From positions 3,410,001-3,474,000 of the forward strand of contig NEEC01000010.1 of the NCBI GenBank assembly GCA_002189035.1: DNA of 64,000 nt, given 5' to 3'. A model generated the notes under the pieces. That model searched no databases. It saw nothing but the letters and a program-made list of their open reading frames with translations, and was not told the DNA's origin. Positions 22,702 through 33,312 of the stretch are shown here, in pieces. Within the stretch, counting starts at the first letter, position 1; each line of letters starts with the position of its first letter. Both the position numbers and the translations under genes were made by a program. Origin of the DNA: Utricularia gibba (taxonomy: Eukaryota > Plantae > Magnoliophyta).

Positions 22702-24009
22702 GCGTGTGTTTTGGAAGGAATCATCCATTGAATGGGCCGGCAGTTGCATCGCGGGCCAATTCATAGTGGACTTTGTGAACCGGTTTGGGCCAGTGCTCGG
22801 CCCGACGAAAACAAAGGAAAGCCTGTCAAGTGTGGGCCCCCACGCACAATAAGTTACAAGCTTTCTCCAGCTGAAAAAAAAAAGTAATTAATCGTAAAAT
22901 GGGAGAGCAACGCCATTGGCATTGGCGTGCGTGGGTGAAACCTTGGCCGCCAGGTAGTTGGGTTGTTGGGACGTACGGATGTGGTGGTGAAGCGCAGACG
23001 TGGAGGAGGAGGTGATGGATGACATGATACTAATTAAGTGCATTATGGGGTCTGGCCTGGCCTGGCCTGGGGATGACCAAATACAGTGTACTAATTGCAT
23101 TATTGAATAATATATAAATGCATTATATGAGGCAATAATGAGTAAATTTAGTGCAAGTCAAGGAGGGTGTTAAGTCGCACTGTTCAACTAGTTGCCCCTC
23201 CCCTGTTTTTAAATCAATAATCATTCGTTATCTCTCCGCCCGCCCGCCCGCCCGTCCGTGTGAGCCCTTCCTGACATGCGACGCGACATCGGGCTCAAGT
23301 TTGAAGTCAGGGAGGCGCATCCCATCCCATCCCATTATTGACCTTATTTAATTCACTACCAATCCCATGAATACTGCTAACTACTTCCATTATCCAATTG
23401 TTTATTCCACTTCTGCCGCATGCACAATCCCCTCCCTTAAATACCCAAGCAGAGGCCACTAACTCCAACCTCACCAACCCTGAATGCTACTTGTGTTCTT
23501 CTTCTACTTGGTTCAAAAATCTTCTTCTTTGAAAAATAATGTCCCACAATCAAATCAATTACAAGTCCCGTTATTCAATGAATGTGTTCATCATCTTTTT
23601 ATTTCTACGTGAATTCTCCTCCTCAACATAACAACCATTTTTGCATGCGTGCGAAGAAATTAGAAAGGTGAAGCTGATTTACGCTAGTCCCTTATTTGGT
23701 CATAAAATTCCAACACTCGCTCTGGGACGCCATGGCACAATGAGGCTATGAATGACACAGCCCAGAAAGAAGGGCAGGCAGGCAGGCAGGTTGTGGGTGG
23801 ATCCATCCAGGTAACGCGAGTGTGCGTGTGTGTCTGGAGCCAGGTGTGCAGTAATTTATTTAATAACGAAAACGAAGAATTCATCCTCATTAACTGTCTT
23901 CTTAACTAACTAACTAAGCCTGCAATTGCATGCAGCTGCCAGCCGCACAAGAGGGTTTGAAGATAGATGCAAGCTCCAGCAGATTAAATGAGCCAAATAC
24001 CTTACCTTT

Positions 24010-24795
24010 TTTAATTCATTTTTTATTTACCTTACTTTTGTCATCACTTTATGAATTATCACAAAAATTAGTTATTCTTTGCGTTTTACCTTAACTTTAT
24101 GATTTTCGTATTTATTATATTTTTAATAAATACGTTGACTTCACGCTTATTTCCATTTCATATTTTTTTACTCGATCTTGAACAAATGGTTCTCATTTAT
24201 TTTTACGATATTCACAATCAAATGATAAATTACATATTTTATTTATTTTTATTTTTATTTATATAACAAGCAGTTTTGATTTTATATTGAACATAAAATA
24301 AAACCAAAATTCAATTATGCATGATTTTTTATTCAATTTTTACTTAATTACATTTTATTAAATTGATTTTTTACTTTTTTTGAAATTTAAAATATATTTT
24401 AATTTTAATGTAAATAAAAGATAACTTTGAAATAAAATATTCATTTATTTTATATAATAATTTTATTGATATACAACATATATTAACAATAAAATTTGTT
24501 ATATAGTCTATTTTTTATATTCCATCTTATAGTATGTTTCATATTTTTCATGAAATCTATTTTATTTTTTTATGATTAATATAGTATGAAAAAAATTGAC
24601 AAAATAATGTATCAGATTTTATTATTTTGATAATTATATTTTTCAATCTTTTTAAAAAGAAAAATAAATACACTATTTGATAAAATCATAAAGTTATTTT
24701 ATTTATTTTTGATAAAAGGTAAAGTGCAAATAAATCTGATTAGTAAATTAAAATGCAAAGAAACTCTGTCAGTAGGGTAAAATACAAATGGCACA
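24010..24795. mobile_element. Degenerate AT-rich fold-back (MULE/MITE-like) non-autonomous element
   Basis: Imperfect long inverted repeats: TTTGCGTTTTACCT + TAACTTTATGATTTT (24078-24106) versus AAAATCATAAAGTTA (24682-24696) + AGGTAAAGTGCAAA (24717-24730), with weaker outer matches. Extremely AT-rich interior. No TSD identified. Confidence 0.45.
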
Positions 24796-25632
24796 CGTCT
24801 TACGGCTGTAAAATGTGGACGAAGCCTTCACTTGACTTAGAGAGGGGAGTCCCGTGGCTTAGGCCTAGGCCCAGGAGGAACCCCACCCCCACCCCAATAT
24901 TGTCAAGGAAGCAGTAATTTGGTTTGCCCCAAGGGAAAGAAAGGAAAGGGCGGGCTACACACTCCTACTCCTACTCCTGGCCAGTCGCAAAGACTGGACT
25001 GTAACACGCTACAGAGCCAGCAGCCAGCCAGAGGTAGGGACCCCGCCCCGTCCCCCGGCCTGCCTATATATACATATATATATTATTTCAAGTACACGTT
25101 GACCGTACCAAGATGGGACCCGAAGCCAAGCGCCAGGATACATCCATTGTGTGTTCTTTTGGTCACCTAATACGTTGCCTTGATATTTCTCGTATCCATC
25201 CGTTTTTGAAACTTGTGGTCAAGCTTATGAAAAATATAATAAATATATCGTATGGCATGGCACGCCTATATTGAATTGAATTTTATTCACCAAGAATAAT
25301 AATAATAATAATAGTAGTTGTAGTAATAATATTGTGTTGTTGTTGTTCATGATGGATTAAGTAAGTGGGATCGTTGGATGGTGTGATGCAGAAGCAGTTC
25401 CATCGGCATTCAGGTGGAGGGAGATTTGCAAAGCCTGTGCCTTGGAGGAGATTTGATTTCCCATTTAAATACAACCCCCAGGCACAGAGCCACGAATTTA
25501 GAATATTCTCATTACAAGAGACCATAGATTCCCCCCTGCCACTGCCCACTATAAATATACACTAAATCCCCCCCTCATGCGCATTGCATTACCTCAGGCT
25601 CCTCCTCCTCCTCCTCCTCCTGTCACACACAC

Positions 25633-27495
25633 ATGGCGGGAGAACCGGAGACCACTAAAGTCTGCTGGAAATCATCATTTCTTTTCCTGCATACCTTGTA
25701 TCGTATCATCCGTAACAGAATCAACTCCTTTTTCGCCTACATCCTCTACTTCCTCTTCCTCTCCCTCATCGGATTCGGGTTAATCAAGTCTATCAAGCCA
25801 CGAACTCCGCACCCCATCGGAGATCTCCGACTCTTCTTCACCGTCGTCTCCCAAGTCACGCAATCGGGCATGTCGGTCGTAAACATGGAGGACTTCTCCA
25901 ACCGCCAGCTTGTCGTTATGACGGCGCTCATGCTCTTGGGCAGCGAGGTATTCATCTCCATGGTTGTGCTGTACCTATCCAAGTCCCAAAGTATTAAGGC
26001 GAGGCGCAGCGAGGCCAAGGTCTCGGCTGCAGACTTGCGGAACCAGATGGAGATTAGGGTGGTGAATGATTTGGAGCAACGCGGTTCCGACTCTGTGGAT
26101 AAGAAAAACCCTATTCTCAGACAAGATTCTATCAAGTTTCTTGCTTACGTGGTTCTTGGCTATCTTCTCTTGATCCAAGTACTCGGAGTTGCAGGTCTGT
26201 GTCTCCTACTTCAGGATGCGCCAACCAACCAAAAATATATATTTTATCAATGATCCTAATGCATTCTAACTTGATTTGTTATTCCGATAGGCGTGAGCAT
26301 TTATCTGGCTGCAATTCCATCGGCAATGAACGTACTGAGAACCAAAGGAATCAAGTCCTTCACCTTCGCGCTTTTCACCGTAGTTTCGACTTTCACCAAC
26401 TGCGGACTCATCCCCACAAACGAAAACATGATAGTCTTCAGTCAGAATGCGGGACTGCTGTGGATCCTAATGCCCCAAATTCTACTCGGGAACACCTTAT
26501 TTCCACCTTGTCTGCGTCTTGTAGTATGGGTTCTGGGTAAAAGAGTGAAGAAGCCCGAAGCCGAGTACTTGCTAAGCGACGAACCAAAGCCCGTGTACTC
26601 GAGTTTGCTTCCAAGGCTCCGTACCCAGCTCTTGACTGCAACTGTTTTCACCCTTCTCCTCACGGGAGTCATCGTATTCTGCGCCTTGGACTGGAACTCT
26701 TCGGCTGTCTCGGGACTGAACCCCTATCAGAAGCTGGTGGCGATCGTATTTCAAACCACTAACACCAGACACGCCGGCGAAAATGTCTTCAACCTCGCCA
26801 ACGTATCTCCGGCTCTCCTCGTTTTCTTCGTCCTAATCATGTTGGTTTTCTGGTCCCTCCATTCTCCGCATTTTCGTTTTAAGAAAAAAATCGGCGTTAT
26901 CATGGCACATCAATTCCCAATTCAAGGCTTTTTTCTCTTCTTCAATCTCCATCTTCAAGGCTTCAACCCTCCTATCTCCTGGTTTGCAGGTATTTACCAT
27001 CCTATACGACGTATATTCCGATCGATCTACGGAGTGAAGAAGATGAAAAAAGGGTACGTAAGGTGAATGGGAGGAAGAAGAGATTAGTGGAAAACTTGAA
27101 GTTTTCACAGCCATGTTATCTGGCCATCTTCATCATCGTGCTTTGCATCACCGAGAGGAGAAGCATGAGGACGACCCCCTGAATTTCAGTCTCCTGAATA
27201 TCGTAGTTGAAGTGATAAGGTACCCAGCTTCCTTCCTTCCTTCCTTCCTCCCAGTAGCAAGTCTGAACTCAAAAGGTTGATGCGTCTTCCTTGCAGTTCA
27301 TACGGGAACGTCGGCTATTCAACCGGGTACAGCTGCGACCTCAGGCCCACACCCGACCCGACATGCGACAGCCCCTGGTACGGACTATCGGGAAGATTCA
27401 GCGCAAGGGGTAAAATCGTCATTATACTAGTGATGTACTTCGGGCGGCTGAAGCAGTTCAGCATGAGAGGAGGGCAAGCGTGGGACCTCATGTAA
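25633..27495 (+). CDS. HKT1: HKT1-type cation transporter, copy A (Gly at pore A; 4 exons)
   Basis: Pore motifs SQVTQSGMS, STFTNCGLIPTNENM, TNTRHAGE, SSYGNVGYSTGYSC; C-terminal GRLKQF. Introns at 26195-26290, about 26843-26988 and about 27220-27296. One missing G at 27167 (MEDDPLNF). Confidence 0.93.
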
Positions 27496-28637
27496 TAACC
27501 ATTCTTTCCATTGGATTACCAAAGACACCGCCGGCGCTTGAGTCGACTACTACTACCCATTAGAAAATAGAAACCTTCAAGTCCAAGGTTCTTCTGTTTA
27601 GGACACTGATGTATGTGAATTGCTAAATAAATAAAAAAAATCATTCCGAATGTTATCAAGTATTTAGGCCAAGTAGATGGAATTCCAATCCTGGCTTTCC
27701 CATATTACCCCCATTTTTTTATGAGTGGGTGTGTTATAATAATTAATCAACAGAAATGGGCATGACCCAGTTGCAACTTGCATCCCGTGATGATGGGGAT
27801 CCAAATGGGCCAAAAAAGCCCACTTGTCCGAGTAACTCAAAAGGTAGCGCACGGACAATCGTTCTCCTCAACTAGACAGACCCATGATGCCTACTTTGTA
27901 GCTCCAACTTGGGCTGGGGAATCAATCATCATTCATCAGCACGCACCCTCCCTTGTGGGGGTGAATTTTGATTTTGACAAAACGGAGCATGTGGGTTTAT
28001 TTTCTTGTCCCATTCTTTCCACATGTTTAATGAACTATTCATCAATTCAATTTCCACCATGTGCACTAGTGTAACGGCGCCGGGAATATCGTAGTTGCCA
28101 ACTTGACAAGGATAATGCCCGTTTTGACCCCCCAAACCCGAAAACTCAACTCGACCCGGTCCTTGCACATGGGTCGGGTCAGTGGAGAAAGATTAATCAA
28201 ACAACACTTCCGTCCTAATCCTTTTTCTCTTCTGGCGAGCTTATCCCATGTTGCTCACTCACTCACTCACTCTTGCTTTCCTCGAATCGAGGTGTCGACG
28301 GCCATGATCATGTCCTCAATACATCCCATCCATGCTCCTCCCAAGTCGCAAAATAGCAAGGAAGGTGTGGGTTTCTTGTGAGTGTCTGTTAACCAATGAC
28401 GAAGGGATAGATTTTGCTGATTGGTGACGATGAGAGGAGGAGTCTTGCCGTCCGTGGAATCTGATAAACAATTCTCACCAAGGGGACCACGTGAAAAACA
28501 CAGCAGCCTCTTGTCTTAATCTGAACCCCGCCCTTTAAAAACACCTGCGCTGATGCTCTGCCTCTTCTGCCCTCTGCCCCTGTTTTTCATTCCAGTGATT
28601 TCGCAACCTCTTGTACTCATCAGGGCAACTGGGGGGG

Positions 28638-30294
28638 ATGGACTGCAATCTGCTGCATCATCAGAAGCCCGGTGAGGAGCGCCGCTCTTGCTACCCTCGT
28701 CGAATCAGGGCTTTTTACGTGCACGTGACGTATCTTGTTGTCCTCTCCTCGTTGGGTTTTCTAACTCTTCAATTGCTAACCCCCAAAACGGACTACGTTC
28801 CCCGGAAGATCGACCTCCTCTTCACAGCGGTCTCCGCGGCCACCGTGTCGAGCATGTCCACCGTTGAAATGGAGGCCTTTTCAGACCCACAGCTCATGGT
28901 GTTAGCCGTTCTGATGTTCTTGGGAGGTGAAATATTCATTTCCATGATCGGGCTTGTCGTGAGAAATCTCAAGAATGAAGTTGAAGAAGACGTGGAGGGA
29001 GATTATCTTCTCGAACACGACTCCGATTCTGATGACCCTGAATATGGACTCTTCGGATACGAAAATCCCTATCTCGAGAACGATGCTTTAGACCACTTGA
29101 TTTCTTCGATCTGGAGATACATTGTGGTTGTTCATTTTCTTGGGGTAGGTTTCCTTTTCTTCTACTTGACTCTCAATCGCTCCGCGGCGGAAGTACTCAG
29201 ATCCAAAGGTCTCAAGGCCTCAACTTTCACTGTTTTCACAGTCATTTCGACGTTTAGCAATTGTGGGTTCGTGCCCACGAACGAGAATTTGATTGTTTTT
29301 CGGGAAAACTCAGGGCTTTTATTGATTCTGATCCCACAAGTTCTTCTGGGAAACACTCTGTTCCCTTTTTGTTTGAGGATTTTTCTGCGGTTTCACAGCA
29401 GCAGGAATAAGAGGGAAGAATCTGAGTACTTGCTGAGCGACGGAAACAAAATCGACTTCTTCCATCTACTTCCATCTCTGCATTCTCTGTTTCTAGCAGC
29501 TACAGCCTTCTGTTTTACTCTCATCGGATTCCTCATGTTCGCTGCCTTCGAATGGGACTCCGTGGCGTTTGACGGCCTGAATCCTTTCCGGAGAGCCGTC
29601 TGCATTCTCTTTGAAGTCGTCAACGCACGACACAGCGGAGAAACTGTCGTCGATTTATCGAAAGTGACACCGGCGGTGCTGGTATTCTTCATAGCGATGA
29701 TGTTAGTCCCACTTCCTCCTTGATTACATAACTCAAATTGATAAATCTGATCTATTCAGCAAAGCAGTCACCTTCATTGAATCGCCATTGCAGGTATCTT
29801 CCTCCATATACCTCGTTTCTACCCATCAAAAACAGGGCAGGAGAGGATGAAAAGGAGAAGAAGCAAAGAAGTGGGATTACAGAACACCTCGTGTTTTCCC
29901 AGCTCTCATACCTCGCCATATTCGTGATCGCCATATGCATCTCGGAGAAGACGAGCATGGAGAACGACCCACTCAATTTCAACGTCCTCAACATCACATT
30001 GGAAGTGATAAGGTAGCCAACCAGCAGCACTTGTGTCCGTACAACTCATTACAGATTGACCACAACGCGCTCAAAATCGCTTCTTTACATGACAGTGCGT
30101 ACGGGAACGTGGGATTCACGGCGGGCTACAGCTGTGAGCGAAGACTGATACAGGATGGCGAGTGCGTGAGCCGGTGGTACGGGTTCGTGGGGGCGTGGAG
30201 CGACCAGGGCAAAATCGTCCTTTTGGTTATCATGTTCTTTGGAAGGCTGAAACAGTTCAACACCGACGGGGGACGAGCGTGGAAGCTCTTATGA
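28638..30294 (+). CDS. HKT1: HKT1-type Na+ transporter, copy B (canonical Ser at pore A; 3 exons)
   Basis: Pore motifs SAATVSSMSTVEME, STFSNCGFVPTNEN, VNARHSGE, SAYGNVGFTAGYSC; C-terminal GRLKQFNTDGGRAWKLL. Two canonical 3' introns. Confidence 0.95.
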
Positions 30295-31059
30295 CGTGGC
30301 GGCGATGAAGCAGTTCTTGCAAATCTATTTAATGTGTTTGCTAAGAAACGACGTCGCATTGAATCATTTTTTTGTGTTCGTTTTATTTAAAACGAATAAA
30401 ACAAAACTAGCTTCTCAAATGAACGAGTGTCCGTCCCCGTGTCCGGTTCAATGGACGGACGGACGGACCACTGCGATGATGATTTAGGACACTCTCCCAA
30501 TGCATCCCACCTGTGATGGGCAACCCTGATCATTACACGTGTAATCTGGTTCGATGCAATGCATCATCTAATCATATGATGCCCACTTTACGTGAGGCCA
30601 GGGCGGTCAACTGCTGCAATGATGCCACGTCATCATCCACGGTGTCCCACCAAGTCCCCATTCCCGCCCTTAAAAATTGTAAAATGTTTGCAATAAAATA
30701 TAATGGTGCGTGCGTTTGTGGGCTTCTTCAGGTAAACTGGGCCTAACTTCCAGTAGTGGGCTTCACTGCGCAGCTTATTGGGTCAAATGATAGGGCTTGT
30801 CTAGATTAGACAATTCGAACACACAAGTACGAAGTAACCAGGTTGGGTGCATGCACACGTGCAGTGGCCAAACATGTATTTGTGCACTGCAAAAAAACAA
30901 ACTTGATGACATTCAAAATTTGTTAGAGGGAGTCCCACAAATGCAGTGCACGATCGACGAGTCACACAAAGCTTATGCGACACAAATTTAAGACGCACTA
31001 CTCACCATTTGTGTTGAATAAATATGATGTCAAAACTCCATTGCAAACCCAAGTGCGAA

Positions 31060-32445
31060 ATGAAGGTGACATTGAAGAAGTCTTGCGTTGTCCGGGCAGC
31101 GGAGCCGACATGGAAGGGAGTCATGCCGTTGACGGAATTAGATCAGATCGGCGTGGTATCCCATGTTCCGACCATCTACTTCTATCGACCGGAACAAACA
31201 TGGCTCACCCGGGGCGCTGACATTTTCACTGCCCTCACTGCTTCTCTGAGCAAAGCGTTGGCCTACTTCTACCCTTTAGCGGGCCGCCTTCGTTGCCTTC
31301 CAGGGGCCCGCCTTGAGCTCGATTGCAACAACGCTGGTGTTTCGCTTACGATGTTCGATTGTGATGGGGATATGAATGTGCTGGGAGACTTCACTCCGTC
31401 GCCGGAGTTTCATAATCTCATCCCACATGTTGATTATTCAATTTCCGTGACAGAGCATCCCCTGTTTCTTGCACAGGTCACTGCATTCAGATGTGGTGGT
31501 GTTTCATTAGGTGTCTCCATTTCTCATGCAGTTACGGATGGGCAAAGCGCTCTTCACTTCATTTCAGAATGGGCGAGGCTAGCTAGAGGAGAGGCGATTG
31601 GAGATCACCCGTTCCTCGACAGGGGAGTTCTCAGGGCAGGGGAGGCTCCACCGCCAACATTCCAATCACAAGAAGCATTTTTCAAACGCTCCCCACCGCT
31701 GATCGTGGGAGAAACCAGCTGGGAAAAAGAGGCCAACAAGAAAACCTCAACAGCGTTGCTGAAACTATCGAAATCGCAAGTCGAAACACTAAAAAATGCA
31801 GCGAACAAGCACTCCCCCGAAAACCTCTGTTACAGTCGCTATGAAGCGATCGCGGCGCACGTATGGAGAACCACCTCCCGTGCCCGCCGCCACGTGGACA
31901 ACCAGCCGACTGGGCTATCAATTTGTGTTGATATACGAAACCGCGTGAGCCCCAATATACCAAGAAAATTCTTCGGAAACGCGATCGTGGACGTGGTTGC
32001 CCACAGCTTCTCAGGCGAACTAAAAACGAAACCTCTGAGCTATGCCGCCGGCAAAATAAGGGAAGCAATCAACTCGGTGACGGACCAATACGTGAAATCG
32101 TGGATCGATTACCTGAAAAACATGGAAGATTTGTGGATGATGCAAGATATCCATGCTCTGAAATCAGGGGAGGGGATGTTCTACGGGAATCCAAATATAA
32201 GTGTGATAAGCTGGCTGAGTTTACCTCTGTATAATTTGAATTTTGGGTTTGGGACAGAGGTTTTTATGGGGCCGGGGACCCACGACTCCGATGGAGACTC
32301 ACTGCTGCTTCCGGGGGCGGGAGGCGATGAGGAGGGAGCGGTGGGGGTTGCCATCTGCCTGCAAGACGAGTGCATGAGCGAGTTCAAGGAGTTGTTCTAC
32401 AAGGAGATAGAGAGGTATGCACGCAAGGAAGATATGCAGGCGTAA
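31060..32445 (+). CDS. SHT: BAHD acyltransferase, spermidine hydroxycinnamoyl transferase-like, intronless
   Basis: AEPTWKGVMPLTELDQIGVVSHVPTIYFY, FYPLAGRL, HAVTDGQSALHFISEWARLARG (HxxxD), GPGTHDSDGDSLLLP. The DFGWG motif reads NFGFG. Confidence 0.9.
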   Translation: MKVTLKKSCVVRAAEPTWKGVMPLTELDQIGVVSHVPTIYFYRPEQTWLTRGADIFTALTASLSKALAYFYPLAGRLRCLPGARLELDCNNAGVSLTMFDCDGDMNVLGDFTPSPEFHNLIPHVDYSISVTEHPLFLAQVTAFRCGGVSLGVSISHAVTDGQSALHFISEWARLARGEAIGDHPFLDRGVLRAGEAPPPTFQSQEAFFKRSPPLIVGETSWEKEANKKTSTALLKLSKSQVETLKNAANKHSPENLCYSRYEAIAAHVWRTTSRARRHVDNQPTGLSICVDIRNRVSPNIPRKFFGNAIVDVVAHSFSGELKTKPLSYAAGKIREAINSVTDQYVKSWIDYLKNMEDLWMMQDIHALKSGEGMFYGNPNISVISWLSLPLYNLNFGFGTEVFMGPGTHDSDGDSLLLPGAGGDEEGAVGVAICLQDECMSEFKELFYKEIERYARKEDMQA

Positions 32446-33312
32446 TATTTAAATATACAAGAAATGAAGGCTGTGCGTGTGCCGGCGTGGGAGAGGAAGA
32501 AGAAGAATGACGTCAGGTGCTCAACACACAGCCAACCGACGCGAGAGGGAGGGAGGATTCGAAATTCAAACGCCCTACGTCGTGGACTGACTTAATTCAT
32601 TAGCACGGTGGTGGGCCCACCTAAGACATGATTGCAATATGAATTACTTTTTCTTTTTATTTATTTATTCCTATAAAGACAAAGTCCTAAAATGGACTGA
32701 CTCCACATATGTATGTGGTAAGCGCGCGTGGCCCGGACACGACAGCGACTGGAGTCGAGGTTGACGACTCTGTGACCCAACCCCAACATTAAACTGGAAC
32801 TAATACGCCGTTTTGGAATCCGCCACCTGCGCGCTTATCGTCCCTCTGTCTCACGCAACGATAAGTGACCGTGCTTATACTCGATAACTTATCGCCTTAC
32901 CGGATGAGAAGCGGACTCCTGCCAAACGCATCGAAGATAGCGAGACCACCACCACCACCACCAGACTGCTTCTTGATCTTTCTTGCATTTTTTTCCTCTC
33001 TCTCTCTATATATACACGCATACATACAATGGGTTGTATGTAGGGTATATATAGATGAGGTCGAGAGTGCCTTCTTTCTGGCCTCTGGAAATTATGCAAA
33101 ACAAGAAATATTAAACGCTCTCTGTCTTCTCGCTCTGTGTCTGTGTGCGCGTGTCTCTCTCTTCTGTCCCTATCTACGTTTCTTTCGGAGCAGCCCGTTT
33201 TCCAGGTTTCGGAGAGAATCCTTAGAGGAGACAAGGGAGTAGGAGGAGTCTGAGGAAGCAGGGGCTCTGATTCCTTCAGGGGACTCCGATCTGTTGAATC
33301 TCAACTCGGAAC

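Noticed and set aside
23430-23990. TATA-like site plus short ORFs (30-aa plus-strand; 68-aa minus-strand 23684-23890) as a peptide or miRNA gene
   Set aside because: No recognisable peptide family, mature miRNA or long hairpin; cannot be supported without expression data.
28125-28185. ACCCG/CGGGT motif cluster between the HKT1 genes as a hAT/MITE remnant
   Set aside because: Under 70 bp, with no TIR or TSD; insufficient support.
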